A stretch of DNA of 64,000 nt from a virus. The notes under the pieces were generated by a model. That model saw only the letters and a program-made list of their open reading frames with translations, made no database searches and was not told the origin of the DNA. The stretch spans positions 3,627 to 67,626 of the IMG/VR virus record IMGVR_UViG_3300047560_001569. One strand, given 5' to 3'. Made by a program: the position numbers and the translations under genes. Position 1 is the stretch's first letter, and each line of letters begins with the position of its first letter. Positions 35,690 to 45,305 of this stretch are shown here, in pieces.

Positions 35690-36547
35690 CTATTCCTCGA
35701 GGCCCATACTCCGTCTCATAGCCGTCGCAGAGATATTGGTAATCGATTCGTCGAAGAACTCTTGCTCGAAAGCATAACCGACATCCCGACCATAAGTAAT
35801 ATTAGTAATATTAGGAACAACTTGTATTTCATACTTGCCTTGATATATAGGATCGAGGTCCCGTTTGATGAAATTCTTTACTTGCTCAATCGCAAATGGA
35901 TTAGTACCTTGCCACCCCTGACAATCTCGTATCTGTATAACAACTTGGCCAGTCTTTTGAATTGCACGCTCAAATAATGCTCTGTGGCCAGCATGCCATG
36001 GTTGCCATCGACCGAGCATTTGTACAGTTTCTTTCTTCCAATCGAATACAGGTCGTCTGATATTACCTAGGATGTGGTGAGCAATAAAATCTCCCCATGT
36101 CTCTGCATTCTGCTCTGTTATTCTAAAGTCATACACTTCAGGTGGTATGAATGCTTTGTTAGTGTCTTCAAATCGTCCCTTTTCGATCGTATCGACCCAG
36201 ATAGTCCAATCTGCTTTAAAATTGTTACGCATCTCAACTAGAGGTGCAACAAAATCACAAATTACATAATCCATATCTGTCATGGAATCTGCTAACTCGC
36301 GCATACGGATACTTTGACGAATGCGTCCCTCGTGACTGAAATCCCAATCATTATACTGTTTACGAATATCATCTGCATTCAACCATCCAACCTTGACTAC
36401 AGCATCATGCAAAGGTCGTAAAGATGTATCTGATATATTTCTATAAGCAGACTGTAAATGCCCCAATACATACTGCGCTAAGTACGTCTTACCTGACCCA
36501 GGTAACCCCATAATTAAAATTCGTTGTGGTCTATTTAATTTTGACAT
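35690..36547 (-). CDS. Fusion of an APS-kinase-like P-loop kinase and an HxGH nucleotidyltransferase-like domain
   Basis: GLPGSGKT, LNADDIR, GR..DTNK.F..P; then QMLGRWQPWHAGH and ISAT. Confidence 0.75.
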   Translation of the reverse strand: MSKLNRPQRILIMGLPGSGKTYLAQYVLGHLQSAYRNISDTSLRPLHDAVVKVGWLNADDIRKQYNDWDFSHEGRIRQSIRMRELADSMTDMDYVICDFVAPLVEMRNNFKADWTIWVDTIEKGRFEDTNKAFIPPEVYDFRITEQNAETWGDFIAHHILGNIRRPVFDWKKETVQMLGRWQPWHAGHRALFERAIQKTGQVVIQIRDCQGWQGTNPFAIEQVKNFIKRDLDPIYQGKYEIQVVPNITNITYGRDVGYAFEQEFFDESITNISATAMRRSMGLEE

Positions 36548-36788
36548 CTTTATACTCCTGTGGATTGTCCAGCAATATTTCACTCTCAGTCTCAATCCAA
36601 ACCCTAGCACCACAACTGAGAGGCTTATCTGGTGAATACACAACCTTACTTGGTCCAGTGATCGTTACACCATCTGCATATACATTGGACTTACCTGTCT
36701 TTACTGTAAAGACTGGTACACGGTCTGCAGACTCTACCTTACGATTGTGTCTAATATAGGCTTGGTTAACATGAATCTTCGTTTTCAT
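36531..36788 (-). CDS. Conserved phage hypothetical protein
   Basis: IHVNQ..IR.N...PLSCGARVWIET. Confidence 0.65.
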   Translation of the reverse strand: MKTKIHVNQAYIRHNRKVESADRVPVFTVKTGKSNVYADGVTITGPSKVVYSPDKPLSCGARVWIETESEILLDNPQEYKDVKIK

Positions 36789-37723
36789 TTAAACTCACAC
36801 TCTACCATAATCTCAGTCAAACAAGCAACAATATTGATCTCGCTATCGACAACAAACGCTTGCTTATATTGATACTGAGCTAATATCAATACTAGTTGCG
36901 GAACACTTGATGTAGTAAAATAATCATAGGACGTATCATAAAACTGCCTATACAATACATTCGGTTCCATATCGATATTATCAACGACCCACTTACGCAC
37001 ACTAGTGAAGTCCTTTACCTTCATATGCTCTATCAATTGTTTGATTGATTGTTCTTGTACGTTAGCGAGTATACCAACATCGATTGAGCCTGTAGCGCTA
37101 TACCTTTGTAATTCGTTTAGAGTGCGTCTAAAATCAGGGAAATGCTTCTCAACAATGCCAGCAACAGCCTTAGGCTCAAACGCTACTTGTTCGCTCAGTA
37201 GTATGTCGGATACACGCTTGAAGAACTTCGCTGCTAGCTTAGGCTTTTCAGTATTTGCTATCTTGAAGTTTATTACACTACAACGACTATGTAACTCTTT
37301 AATGATTCGATTCGGATAGTTGCAAGTAAGAATGAAGCCACAATTCTTCGAGAACTCTTCCATAAAGTTACGGAGAGCTGGTTGTGTTGAATTTGCATTC
37401 AGATAATCTGCTTCATCTAAAATAACATACTTACGTCCGCCAGCCAACGACATGCTCGAAGCAAACTGTTGAATATCGTTACGAAGTGTATCAATATTAC
37501 CATTTAGACTACCGTTAATGATAATATAATCACATCCCAATTCCTCTAACATTGCTCGAGCAACAGTAGTCTTACCTGTACCAGCTCGACCAGTTAATAA
37601 TAGATTGGGAATCGCTTTATCGTTTACGAACTGTTGGAATGTAGATTTTAACTCCGACGGAAGAACCGTATCCGCAACTACTCTAGGTCTGTACTTCTCA
37701 CACCACAGAAAGTCTTCTCTCAT
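36785..37723 (-). CDS. gp44: Clamp loader large subunit (gp44)
   Basis: WCEKYRP, GTGKTT, LDEAD, SRC. Confidence 0.96.
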   Translation of the reverse strand: MREDFLWCEKYRPRVVADTVLPSELKSTFQQFVNDKAIPNLLLTGRAGTGKTTVARAMLEELGCDYIIINGSLNGNIDTLRNDIQQFASSMSLAGGRKYVILDEADYLNANSTQPALRNFMEEFSKNCGFILTCNYPNRIIKELHSRCSVINFKIANTEKPKLAAKFFKRVSDILLSEQVAFEPKAVAGIVEKHFPDFRRTLNELQRYSATGSIDVGILANVQEQSIKQLIEHMKVKDFTSVRKWVVDNIDMEPNVLYRQFYDTSYDYFTTSSVPQLVLILAQYQYKQAFVVDSEINIVACLTEIMVECEFK

Positions 37724-37729
37724 AATATA

Positions 37730-37876
37730 TTATTTCACTTTATCTTTTAGGCTTTGTATTTGTCTGCGTAACTGATCTACTACTTCATCATTACCTGGTC
37801 GGCTTTGGAGAAGTATGACGGCTTCTTCTAATTCAGCAATTAGATCTTCAACGTCAATAGGCAGCTGCTCACCCAT
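37730..37876 (-). CDS. Small hypothetical protein (48 aa, not in ORF track)
   Basis: MGEQLPIDVEDLIAELRE...; fills the gap exactly. Confidence 0.5.
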   Translation of the reverse strand: MGEQLPIDVEDLIAELEEAVILLQSRPGNDEVVDQLRRQIQSLKDKVK

Positions 37877-37877
37877 A

Positions 37878-38060
37878 TTAATCTTCTTTATAGTCTTTAA
37901 AGTTCTTATCCATCTTCGAGCGACTAGCTTGCTCAGATGCTAACTGTGCTTGGATTGAGGATCGTTTAAACTCACCACGATCATGTTGATTGGCAAACTT
38001 CAACAAAGCCATATACCGCTTTGTTTGTTTCGATATTCTAAACGAGCTGGTCGGTTTCAT
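37878..38060 (-). CDS. Small basic hypothetical protein
   Basis: Overlaps the gp45 stop. Confidence 0.6.
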   Translation of the reverse strand: MKPTSSFRISKQTKRYMALLKFANQHDRGEFKRSSIQAQLASEQASRSKMDKNFKDYKED

Positions 38061-38716
38061 TTATTTCCTTGTGTAGAGTTGGCTTCAGTAGCAATCCAGT
38101 ATTCAATATCGTCGCACTTGAAATGTGCTACACCCTTGAATGCTATTGTAACATCATAATCAGCTTGAATCAACTTCATGTTCTCGGCTCTAAAGATCAT
38201 CCTAAATGTGTGTGGTGTAGTCCCCACATTAAGAGCAAAGCTGTCTCCAGTAGTGTTACGCGAATCAATAGCTTGTACAGTGATGTTAGTACCATTCCCA
38301 GCAACAGCTAGTTCAGGCATACTCAACACTCCCATTGCTTTCAATACTTTATTCAAAGAATCGCTTGTTAATTTAAATTGTATGTCAGGCGATACTGTTG
38401 GATTCTTATCCATCGGTAACGCAATCATTTGTGGATCAGCAAATGTATAATTCACCTTTTGATGGCCATCGCTAATCTCAGCATATTTCTCAAGGCAATT
38501 TATCGATGGAGAATCGAATAGACTCATTACCCCAAGAAAGCGGCTCAAATCATATATTGCAAAACTACTTGGTATTGTCTCAGATATAGTCGCTTGAGCT
38601 AGGACCGTACTCTGAGGACTCATTGTCCTCAAAGAAGTTCCAGGCTTAAACATAATCGAGGGATTAATACTAGCAAAATTCTTCAATATCGTAATTGTAC
38701 GATTTTCAAATTTCAT
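38057..38716 (-). CDS. gp45: Sliding clamp (gp45)
   Basis: ILKNFASIN, FAIYDL..FL, ENMK....DY. Confidence 0.93.
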   Translation of the reverse strand: MKFENRTITILKNFASINPSIMFKPGTSLRTMSPQSTVLAQATISETIPSSFAIYDLSRFLGVMSLFDSPSINCLEKYAEISDGHQKVNYTFADPQMIALPMDKNPTVSPDIQFKLTSDSLNKVLKAMGVLSMPELAVAGNGTNITVQAIDSRNTTGDSFALNVGTTPHTFRMIFRAENMKLIQADYDVTIAFKGVAHFKCDDIEYWIATEANSTQGNK

Positions 38717-38724
38717 ATACTATC

Positions 38725-39681
38725 TCACTTTTTCTTTTTACCGCCAATTTTACTTGCATCTGCTGTAGCTGATGCACCGATTGAAGCAAGGTCAGCTAAG
38801 CTACCAGCAAACACATAACTTCCAACGTGCTGTAATTGCATCCAAGGACAGAACCACACACGACCGCCCATTCGTTGAACATTATAACAGAACATATAAT
38901 CTTCTGACAAATAACGCTTAGATGCAGTCTTTTCCCCACTAATCATTTTCTTAGCAATCTCTTGCAGCTCTGCGCCCTTACCAGCAGCAACATCAGCTAA
39001 CAATTGATGGAGGTTCTCATACCCATAACCACGATCGATTACACAATCGAAGTATGCCATAATTTCCCGTGTACCATCAAAATGCTCAGTACGAATGTGA
39101 TCGGGCTTATAGTGAAGATGTGGAAATGCTTTCTCATAATCTTCGAATGTTTTACGACGGACCATCATAAACCCAGTACCAATCTCCATCACCTCAACTG
39201 GCTCACCGAGAGGGATCTGGCTGACATTTCCTTTAGGATTAAACACATAGTCACCAACAAATCGGTCCAATACATTTGGATCTTCATCAGCTACGCCTTT
39301 GTCGACTGCCATTTTAATCTTCTCCCAAGAAATGCACTTCTTAGGATACGGACCACCCATCACATCATATGGACTATCGTCAGTCATAAGCGACAACAAG
39401 GCCAATACATCATTGGGATTGAAGCCAATGTCCGAGTCAATGAACATTAGATGGGTTGCACCACTTCGCATGAACTCATCGACACAATAATTACGAGCTC
39501 GAGTAATCAATGACTCGTTGAACAAGAAGTACAACTGTAATGGAATATTATATCTTGCACACAAAGCCGACAGATCGGATACGGATCGTGTAAACATTCC
39601 TGCACACTGCCCACCATACATTGGTGCAGCTAAGAATAGTTTCTTCTTTTGTAGGTCGGCAATCTCCGCTTTAATTTCCAT
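38725..39681 (-). CDS. GT-A glycosyltransferase-like protein
   Basis: PMYGG, NESLITRARN, FIDSDI (DxD), GTGFM, YLSEDY.FC. Confidence 0.75.
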   Translation of the reverse strand: MEIKAEIADLQKKKLFLAAPMYGGQCAGMFTRSVSDLSALCARYNIPLQLYFLFNESLITRARNYCVDEFMRSGATHLMFIDSDIGFNPNDVLALLSLMTDDSPYDVMGGPYPKKCISWEKIKMAVDKGVADEDPNVLDRFVGDYVFNPKGNVSQIPLGEPVEVMEIGTGFMMVRRKTFEDYEKAFPHLHYKPDHIRTEHFDGTREIMAYFDCVIDRGYGYENLHQLLADVAAGKGAELQEIAKKMISGEKTASKRYLSEDYMFCYNVQRMGGRVWFCPWMQLQHVGSYVFAGSLADLASIGASATADASKIGGKKKK

Positions 39682-40184
39682 TATTTGACTCCATATTTTT
39701 TATCATGCTCTTTATTCACACCATAATCACCATCATATTTTTTCAACGACTCTGCATTGAAGCTCAGATACTGACCGATGCGCGTTCCTTTTTTAATTCT
39801 TGCAGGTCCTATAGTAACATGCAACACTCCAGCCATAACACCATGATACCCAGTGTCATACAAACCGCTCGTAAGGAATAAACCATTACGGTTTAGCGTA
39901 GATCGAGTGATTACCCATCCAGCCTCACCTTCGCCAACATTAATAATGTTTTCCATTATTACTTCATAGTGGCCTGGCATCAAAACAAAATAGTCTTGCC
40001 AGTCTGGCTCAAGTTCAAGTGCAGTTCCTCTATGCTTTTTCGATTCCTCTGATATCTCGAACGTGTTAGTGTGGTCAATCGCAAAGACTTTATCGAGTCT
40101 TAGATCAACTGCGTTTGGTTGGATATCGTCTGGTTGTACATTCGTAAGTGTAGACTTAGAATGTGGACCCATAATATGTTTCAT
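39681..40184 (-). CDS. Trimeric dUTPase / dCTP-deaminase-fold protein
   Basis: QPNAVDLRL, TRSTLNRNG, GLYDTGYHG, RIGQ, YDGDYG; lacks the E of the deaminase PTLE motif. Confidence 0.8.
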   Translation of the reverse strand: MKHIMGPHSKSTLTNVQPDDIQPNAVDLRLDKVFAIDHTNTFEISEESKKHRGTALELEPDWQDYFVLMPGHYEVIMENIINVGEGEAGWVITRSTLNRNGLFLTSGLYDTGYHGVMAGVLHVTIGPARIKKGTRIGQYLSFNAESLKKYDGDYGVNKEHDKKYGVK

Positions 40185-40765
40185 TCCCACTCCTTCATAA
40201 TGTTCTTCATAACAACTTCAATACGAATTCGCAAATATTCTAAAGAGTTGTCATTCATTATTATACGATCAACTTGCGAATCATTAAACTCACGTTCCGT
40301 GATGTGCCCATCATATGTATATGCCGGCCGCTTGATTTTCACAAACTTAGCACCAATATCCTTTAACATTGTGTACTCATTATCAAACCGCAGATCCGTT
40401 ACAACCCATATCTTATTGGGTTGTTCTTGTATTTTTTGTTTAACATAGGCTGCGAACTGCTTCTCATCATATCGTCGCATCAGCATACCAATCTCGCGAA
40501 CTACATGACGCCCCGATATGTTCTTCCATGTCGTTGGAACGTCAGTATCTCTAAATGTAGAGTGTGCGGTGAGATTGGATCTCTTGAACCGATCATAATC
40601 TTCATTACTTCCTAGATCTAATTGGAAGATATGTTGTATCTCTTTTTTAATCGGATCAGCGAATGCTATTGTTTCAACATCAGTGTAATTCTCTTTGATT
40701 ATTTGGCCGATGGTATCTTTACCACTACCCTTCGGCCCAGTAATAGCAATTACTTTAAGTGACAT
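40181..40765 (-). CDS. Deoxynucleoside monophosphate kinase (T4 gp1-like)
   Basis: GPKGSGKDT, AFADPIK, TDLRFDNE, HITE. Confidence 0.88.
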   Translation of the reverse strand: MSLKVIAITGPKGSGKDTIGQIIKENYTDVETIAFADPIKKEIQHIFQLDLGSNEDYDRFKRSNLTAHSTFRDTDVPTTWKNISGRHVVREIGMLMRRYDEKQFAAYVKQKIQEQPNKIWVVTDLRFDNEYTMLKDIGAKFVKIKRPAYTYDGHITEREFNDSQVDRIIMNDNSLEYLRIRIEVVMKNIMKEWE

Positions 40766-41676
40766 AATCTATTAATGTATTCTATGTTCGAACGGACTAA
40801 CTTAAATGCTGAATCTTTATCATCCAATTGTAATGCACTTGAATGGTTAAAGTCAACCTCTAATTCAAATTTCCCATCATGTAATCCAGATGGAGAATTA
40901 TCAAACTCAATCCCGTTCAATCCTGCCCATACAGCTGCTGATGAGTCCCACGAATAGATATAATCAGCAAATCCAGCATCCTTCAACAATCGAATCTCAT
41001 TTGGACCATCGGTCATCCCTAAGCAATGAAATCTCTTCCACGCATACGGACCCAGTACACCTTGTTCTTTCAGATGAGAGAACATTCTCCAACGAGACAA
41101 GAATCGCTGCAACTTGTATGCATCGCTACGACGGGATTGATTACTACCACTATTCTCATGCTTTGTCTCGTTCACACTAAACGCAATTGGGCATGTAAGG
41201 ATAGATACACCAATGAGGTCAATTAAATCGTGCGAGAGAAGAGCCCACTTAAAAGAATCAGTAACACCCTCTATATCTCCAATTTCCGATTGTGGTACAT
41301 AAAAGGTACCAAAGCCAGCACTCTTAATATCATCCGCCATGCGCAACGCGGCGTCTCGAGTCTTACGCCAATCCTCTTTCGGATAATCTGACATAACAAT
41401 TACATCAGCATTACATTTCTTAGCCATACTGATCAACTTGCTCGACTCGTACATTGGTCGACCTTGCTTAAACATCTCAAATGCTGAGTTGTCCATAATC
41501 TTCAACTTACCGTCAGCCAATCCAGCATAAAACTCTGCATACTTCTCATCTTCTTCAACTAAATGAGCTAAAAGTAGATGAGCCCCATTATCAGATGTAA
41601 ACTCTTGTAGGTATGGCGTAGGGGAGATGTGACAAAAATTAATTGGATTCAAACTCGTTCTATCAATATATTTCAT
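40750..41676 (-). CDS. TGT-fold (DpdA-like) deazaguanine transglycosylase
   Basis: IMDNSAFE, MSDY, VPQ, FHCLGM and SWDSS align with TGT/DpdA motifs; lies in the folE/queD/queE cluster. Confidence 0.7.
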   Translation of the reverse strand: MKYIDRTSLNPINFCHISPTPYLQEFTSDNGAHLLLAHLVEEDEKYAEFYAGLADGKLKIMDNSAFEMFKQGRPMYESSKLISMAKKCNADVIVMSDYPKEDWRKTRDAALRMADDIKSAGFGTFYVPQSEIGDIEGVTDSFKWALLSHDLIDLIGVSILTCPIAFSVNETKHENSGSNQSRRSDAYKLQRFLSRWRMFSHLKEQGVLGPYAWKRFHCLGMTDGPNEIRLLKDAGFADYIYSWDSSAAVWAGLNGIEFDNSPSGLHDGKFELEVDFNHSSALQLDDKDSAFKLVRSNIEYINRLCHLK

Positions 41677-41677
41677 A

Positions 41678-42052
41678 TCATACTCCTGTAAAATATAACC
41701 TGCATCCATTTTCGCCATCTTCTGACACTTCAATTACATAATCTCTATCTGGCCACATACTGATGCATTTGTTATGCAAATCCTTTGCCATCATTTCACA
41801 AGATTTGTAATCTAGCTGCAATGTTCCGTCTGCATACCAACGTTCCATAATGCGCTTTGCTTGAATAAATTCAACATCCCTATCATCATGGAACACTTCC
41901 ATCTCCACCCTAAAATGAAAAATGTGACGATGAGGCGTACCTAAGAAACTAACATCGAGCCAATCCCCGGTTGCTAATTTAGGGTCTGTGGCAGCTGCTG
42001 GATATTTGTGTATACCTTCTTTCTGAAAGGTAACCCATATATAAGATTTCAT
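41678..42052 (-). CDS. QueD-like T-fold protein, DpdL candidate (CDG decarboxylase)
   Basis: EGIH, LGTPHRHIF (LxxxHRHxF), SCE, VSEDGENG; lacks the QueD catalytic C of CxxxHGH. Confidence 0.7.
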   Translation of the reverse strand: MKSYIWVTFQKEGIHKYPAAATDPKLATGDWLDVSFLGTPHRHIFHFRVEMEVFHDDRDVEFIQAKRIMERWYADGTLQLDYKSCEMMAKDLHNKCISMWPDRDYVIEVSEDGENGCRLYFTGV

Positions 42053-42101
42053 ATGAATAATCCTACCAGAGCCTGTGCCTTTTACAATACTTGAATCCAT
42101 T

Positions 42102-42632
42102 TTATATCCATTTCGATAAATCGTAACTACATTTTGCTTGATCGAAGAACACATCCCCAATCCAATCATGCTTTACAAATTCAGACTTGTTTGGAATAAA
42201 GAATCCCTTCTCTCCATAATCAAAATCTTCAAGTTGAAATGGATTATTGATAGAGTTTACTAAGTCTGAAACATTCCACATTCTCACCTTACCAGTTAAC
42301 ATTTGATACTTGTTCGACCAGCCTGGTGATACTGTAATATATTTTTCTGCTTGAGTCAACAATAAAGCAGAGGGTAGTCCGCTCTTATAGTGCGTCTCAA
42401 AGAAGTTGGACAACCTCTTATCTCCTTTAAACGTCTTAGCTGAAAACTTAATCTCGACATGATGTTTACCCAACATCCCATCCCAATTGGTGTTCTTTCC
42501 TTCAGTTAAATCTACACTGTATGTTGTTTTTCTTTTGCGCGCAATCAAACTTAATAGAGCTTCTTCTGCTAGTTTGGACTTTTCAAATCCCCCATTAGCA
42601 ATATCACCAAGTTCGTAAGTAGTTACAATCAT
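42102..42632 (-). CDS. Putative PD-(D/E)xK endonuclease
   Basis: AEE...WDG...VEIK pattern followed by FFET. Confidence 0.5.
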   Translation of the reverse strand: MIVTTYELGDIANGGFEKSKLAEEALLSLIARKRKTTYSVDLTEGKNTNWDGMLGKHHVEIKFSAKTFKGDKRLSNFFETHYKSGLPSALLLTQAEKYITVSPGWSNKYQMLTGKVRMWNVSDLVNSINNPFQLEDFDYGEKGFFIPNKSEFVKHDWIGDVFFDQAKCSYDLSKWI

Positions 42633-42650
42633 AATATAATTTAATTTAAA

Positions 42651-42679
42651 CAAAGAAAAGGGGAGCATAGAGCTCCCCC
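42651..42679 (-). terminator. Rho-independent terminator
   Basis: ggggagc/gctcccc stem plus U-tract. Confidence 0.75.
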
Positions 42680-42709
42680 AACTTTAAATTTTCACAAAGG
42701 CATTAATGC

Positions 42710-42964
42710 TTAAGCGAAAACGTCAGCACCAGCTACAGCGGCTGCCAAAGCAACCATACGGCGGCTAGGAGTACCCAAACGGTACTTGTGAGTTACGCGG
42801 CCTTTTGTATCAGTACGCTTGTTCAAGTAGATGGCATAACCATCACGACGCAATTCGGAGATCACCTTGGTTGGTGAGCCAACTTGGAACATAGCACTGA
42901 TTTGCTTTGCTGTAAACTCGTTACCTGATTGCAAAGAAGAGAGGATACGTTTTTTCTGTGTCAT
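42710..42964 (-). CDS. Small winged-helix DNA-binding protein
   Basis: FTAKQI...ISELRRDGYAIY...YRLG; has its own promoter and terminator. Confidence 0.7.
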   Translation of the reverse strand: MTQKKRILSSLQSGNEFTAKQISAMFQVGSPTKVISELRRDGYAIYLNKRTDTKGRVTHKYRLGTPSRRMVALAAAVAGADVFA

Positions 42965-43015
42965 AATAAAATCACTTTCTATAAAAAATTAAACACTGGC
43001 TAGACCAGAACACTC

Positions 43016-43044
43016 ACTATACATTATATAATGTAATAAGTCAA
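43016..43044 (-). promoter_or_regulatory. Sigma70-type promoter
   Basis: TTGACT-N17-TATAGT. Confidence 0.7.
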
Positions 43045-43778
43045 CGACATGATACAAACTGTAGTTTAACATGAGACATAAACTCAGATTTGACTGAATC
43101 GTTGTGGAACAGACCATGTACAACTGTGGTCTGAGTTAGGCTCGAATGAGCCATTACCCCGCGGTTCTCCATGCAACCATGAGTAGCTTGGATGTATACA
43201 GCACAATTCTCTGTATCTGTTGCAGTCATAATTTCCTTAGCAATTTGGTTAGCCAGGTCTTCTTGCAACGTACCGCGACGAGCACACCACTGAGCAATAC
43301 GAGCGTACTTAGACAACCCAATTACTTCTCCTGTTGGAATAATACCAATAATGGCAGTACCCTTAACAGGTTGGTGGTGGTGTGAACACATAGAGATCAA
43401 TTCGGCGCGTACGACTAGCATACCCTCGAATCGCTCTTTACCTTCATTAGGGAAGGCTGTGACTTTTGGTGGCTTCTCATATCGGCCAGCCATTAATTCA
43501 TACACATACATCTTAGCCAAGCGGCGAGCTGTATCATGTGAATTAGGATCATTCTCTGTATCAATAATCAAAGATTCCAATACACCTTGAAACTTCTCTG
43601 TGACTTCATCAACCAACACGGGAATCTCATCCTCCTTCAGAAACTCTGAAATGTTGTCATTAGCATTGAAGCGCTTATTAGCCTCCTTCAAGCGGTCACG
43701 TACTACTGTAGAAAGATAACGACCTTCGTCAGTTTTCTTATCACTCTTTTTGTTCTCATCAAATGCTTCTGCAATCAT
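43041..43778 (-). CDS. folE: GTP cyclohydrolase I
   Basis: SMCSHHHQP, GLSK..R, LQE, HGCMENRGV. Confidence 0.95.
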   Translation of the reverse strand: MIAEAFDENKKSDKKTDEGRYLSTVVRDRLKEANKRFNANDNISEFLKEDEIPVLVDEVTEKFQGVLESLIIDTENDPNSHDTARRLAKMYVYELMAGRYEKPPKVTAFPNEGKERFEGMLVVRAELISMCSHHHQPVKGTAIIGIIPTGEVIGLSKYARIAQWCARRGTLQEDLANQIAKEIMTATDTENCAVYIQATHGCMENRGVMAHSSLTQTTVVHGLFHNDSVKSEFMSHVKLQFVSCR

Positions 43779-43993
43779 TTCTGCTCCGTCTTCTTAGGTG
43801 GTTTCAATGGGAAGTCTGGGAACGTACCCCATGGCTGCCTCAATTCCTCGGGTAATGTTGGAGGTCCTCCTTGATCAACCCACATCTTCGATATCACTGT
43901 TTTAGCATTACCTTCAACAATAACATAGCGAACCTGATACTCTTCATAATCATAGGTACCATCAGGTACCCAACCAAACTGTTTAAATGTCAT
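43775..43993 (-). CDS. Hypothetical protein
   Basis: Tightly packed between the desaturase and folE. Confidence 0.55.
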   Translation of the reverse strand: MTFKQFGWVPDGTYDYEEYQVRYVIVEGNAKTVISKMWVDQGGPPTLPEELRQPWGTFPDFPLKPPKKTEQK

Positions 43994-43994
43994 A

Positions 43995-44708
43995 TTAATG
44001 TACGTTGCGGACTGTTGCTAGCCCTATCCTTTCCAGTATATTAATGTATATCCAACCAACATCAACCTCATATGGTTTACGGCTGAATTTTGGATTTGCC
44101 GCATCCCCATGATGGTTGTTATGGAGCTCTTCACCGCCAATCCATATCCCCCACGGAGTCAGATTGCGACTTGTATCTTTTGTGTCATAATTACGATAAC
44201 CCCACCAATGAGCTAAGCCGTTGATAACGCCCGCAGCCCAAAATGGAATCCATATCATTTGTACGCCCCAGATCAAAATACCCCACCACCCAAATATTAA
44301 GGTGTTGAGCAAAAGGAGAATGCTAATGCCAAGGGCAGGTCTAGCACTGTATATGTGAAGCTCCATCCAATCAGTAGGAGTACCATGACTAAGTGAATCA
44401 ACCATATCTTTATCTTGCTTTGCTTGAACATACAGAAATGCTCCTCCAAACAATACACGCCAAATGCCAAACAACTGTGGACTGTGTGGATCTCCTGGTG
44501 TATCACTTTTTTGATGATGTTTACGATGAATTGCAACCCACTCCTTCGTGACCATACCAGTAGTCAACCACAACCAGAAGCGCATAAAATGCGCAACGAT
44601 TGGATGAAACGTAACCGCTCTATGTGATTGCGATCTATGCAAGTATAACGTGACGCATGTTATTGTAATGTGCGTCATCAATAATACAGCTAAGAATACA
44701 CCAATCAT
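43995..44708 (-). CDS. Membrane fatty-acid (delta-9-type) desaturase
   Basis: His boxes HRSQSH, HRKHH, HNNHH; DPHSP. Confidence 0.92.
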   Translation of the reverse strand: MIGVFLAVLLMTHITITCVTLYLHRSQSHRAVTFHPIVAHFMRFWLWLTTGMVTKEWVAIHRKHHQKSDTPGDPHSPQLFGIWRVLFGGAFLYVQAKQDKDMVDSLSHGTPTDWMELHIYSARPALGISILLLLNTLIFGWWGILIWGVQMIWIPFWAAGVINGLAHWWGYRNYDTKDTSRNLTPWGIWIGGEELHNNHHGDAANPKFSRKPYEVDVGWIYINILERIGLATVRNVH

Positions 44709-45211
44709 TCGAATAGATCCTCATTCCATTCACGATGACCTTCGCGAAAAGCCATATTGGCTTGCGTCTCCCGAACTTCTACACGATAGCACCAAAGACG
44801 ATCAGCTTCTGATGGACCCCAATAGTCAGGTATATAAACGCCATTAACATACTTGTACAATTGATCGGCAAGACCTTCACAACCCAATTTAGGTAACACT
44901 ACTATCTTAGCCATATTTTTTTCTTGTAGTAGTTTGAACGTCTCGATTTCCGGATCATCTTGCGCAACAATCAATGTATGGTCGAACTGATCTTCTAATA
45001 TCTTCTTTAGTTCTTTAAGACCACCATAGTCTGCGGCCCAATTACGCACATCTAAATGATCAGTACCGAAGTAGAACTTCATACTAAAACTATAACCATG
45101 AATCAAGTTACAATGACTGTCAGCTCGCCATTGTCTATACGCACAAGGGAATGCGTCGTGGTATTCTTTGGTACTGGTGTATTTGTAAACTACGGGATTT
45201 AATGTTGTCAT
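44705..45211 (-). CDS. queD: 6-carboxytetrahydropterin synthase
   Basis: HCNLIHGYS, FDH, GCE, EVRET. Confidence 0.9.
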   Translation of the reverse strand: MTTLNPVVYKYTSTKEYHDAFPCAYRQWRADSHCNLIHGYSFSMKFYFGTDHLDVRNWAADYGGLKELKKILEDQFDHTLIVAQDDPEIETFKLLQEKNMAKIVVLPKLGCEGLADQLYKYVNGVYIPDYWGPSEADRLWCYRVEVRETQANMAFREGHREWNEDLFE

Positions 45212-45305
45212 GCTGTTTCTCCTATGTTAAATTATAGCATAGGCTGGCAGAGTTTGTAAAGCGGGATGAAGCCAAAGGCCGCTGAAAGAAATATTTATGA
45301 ATGCG

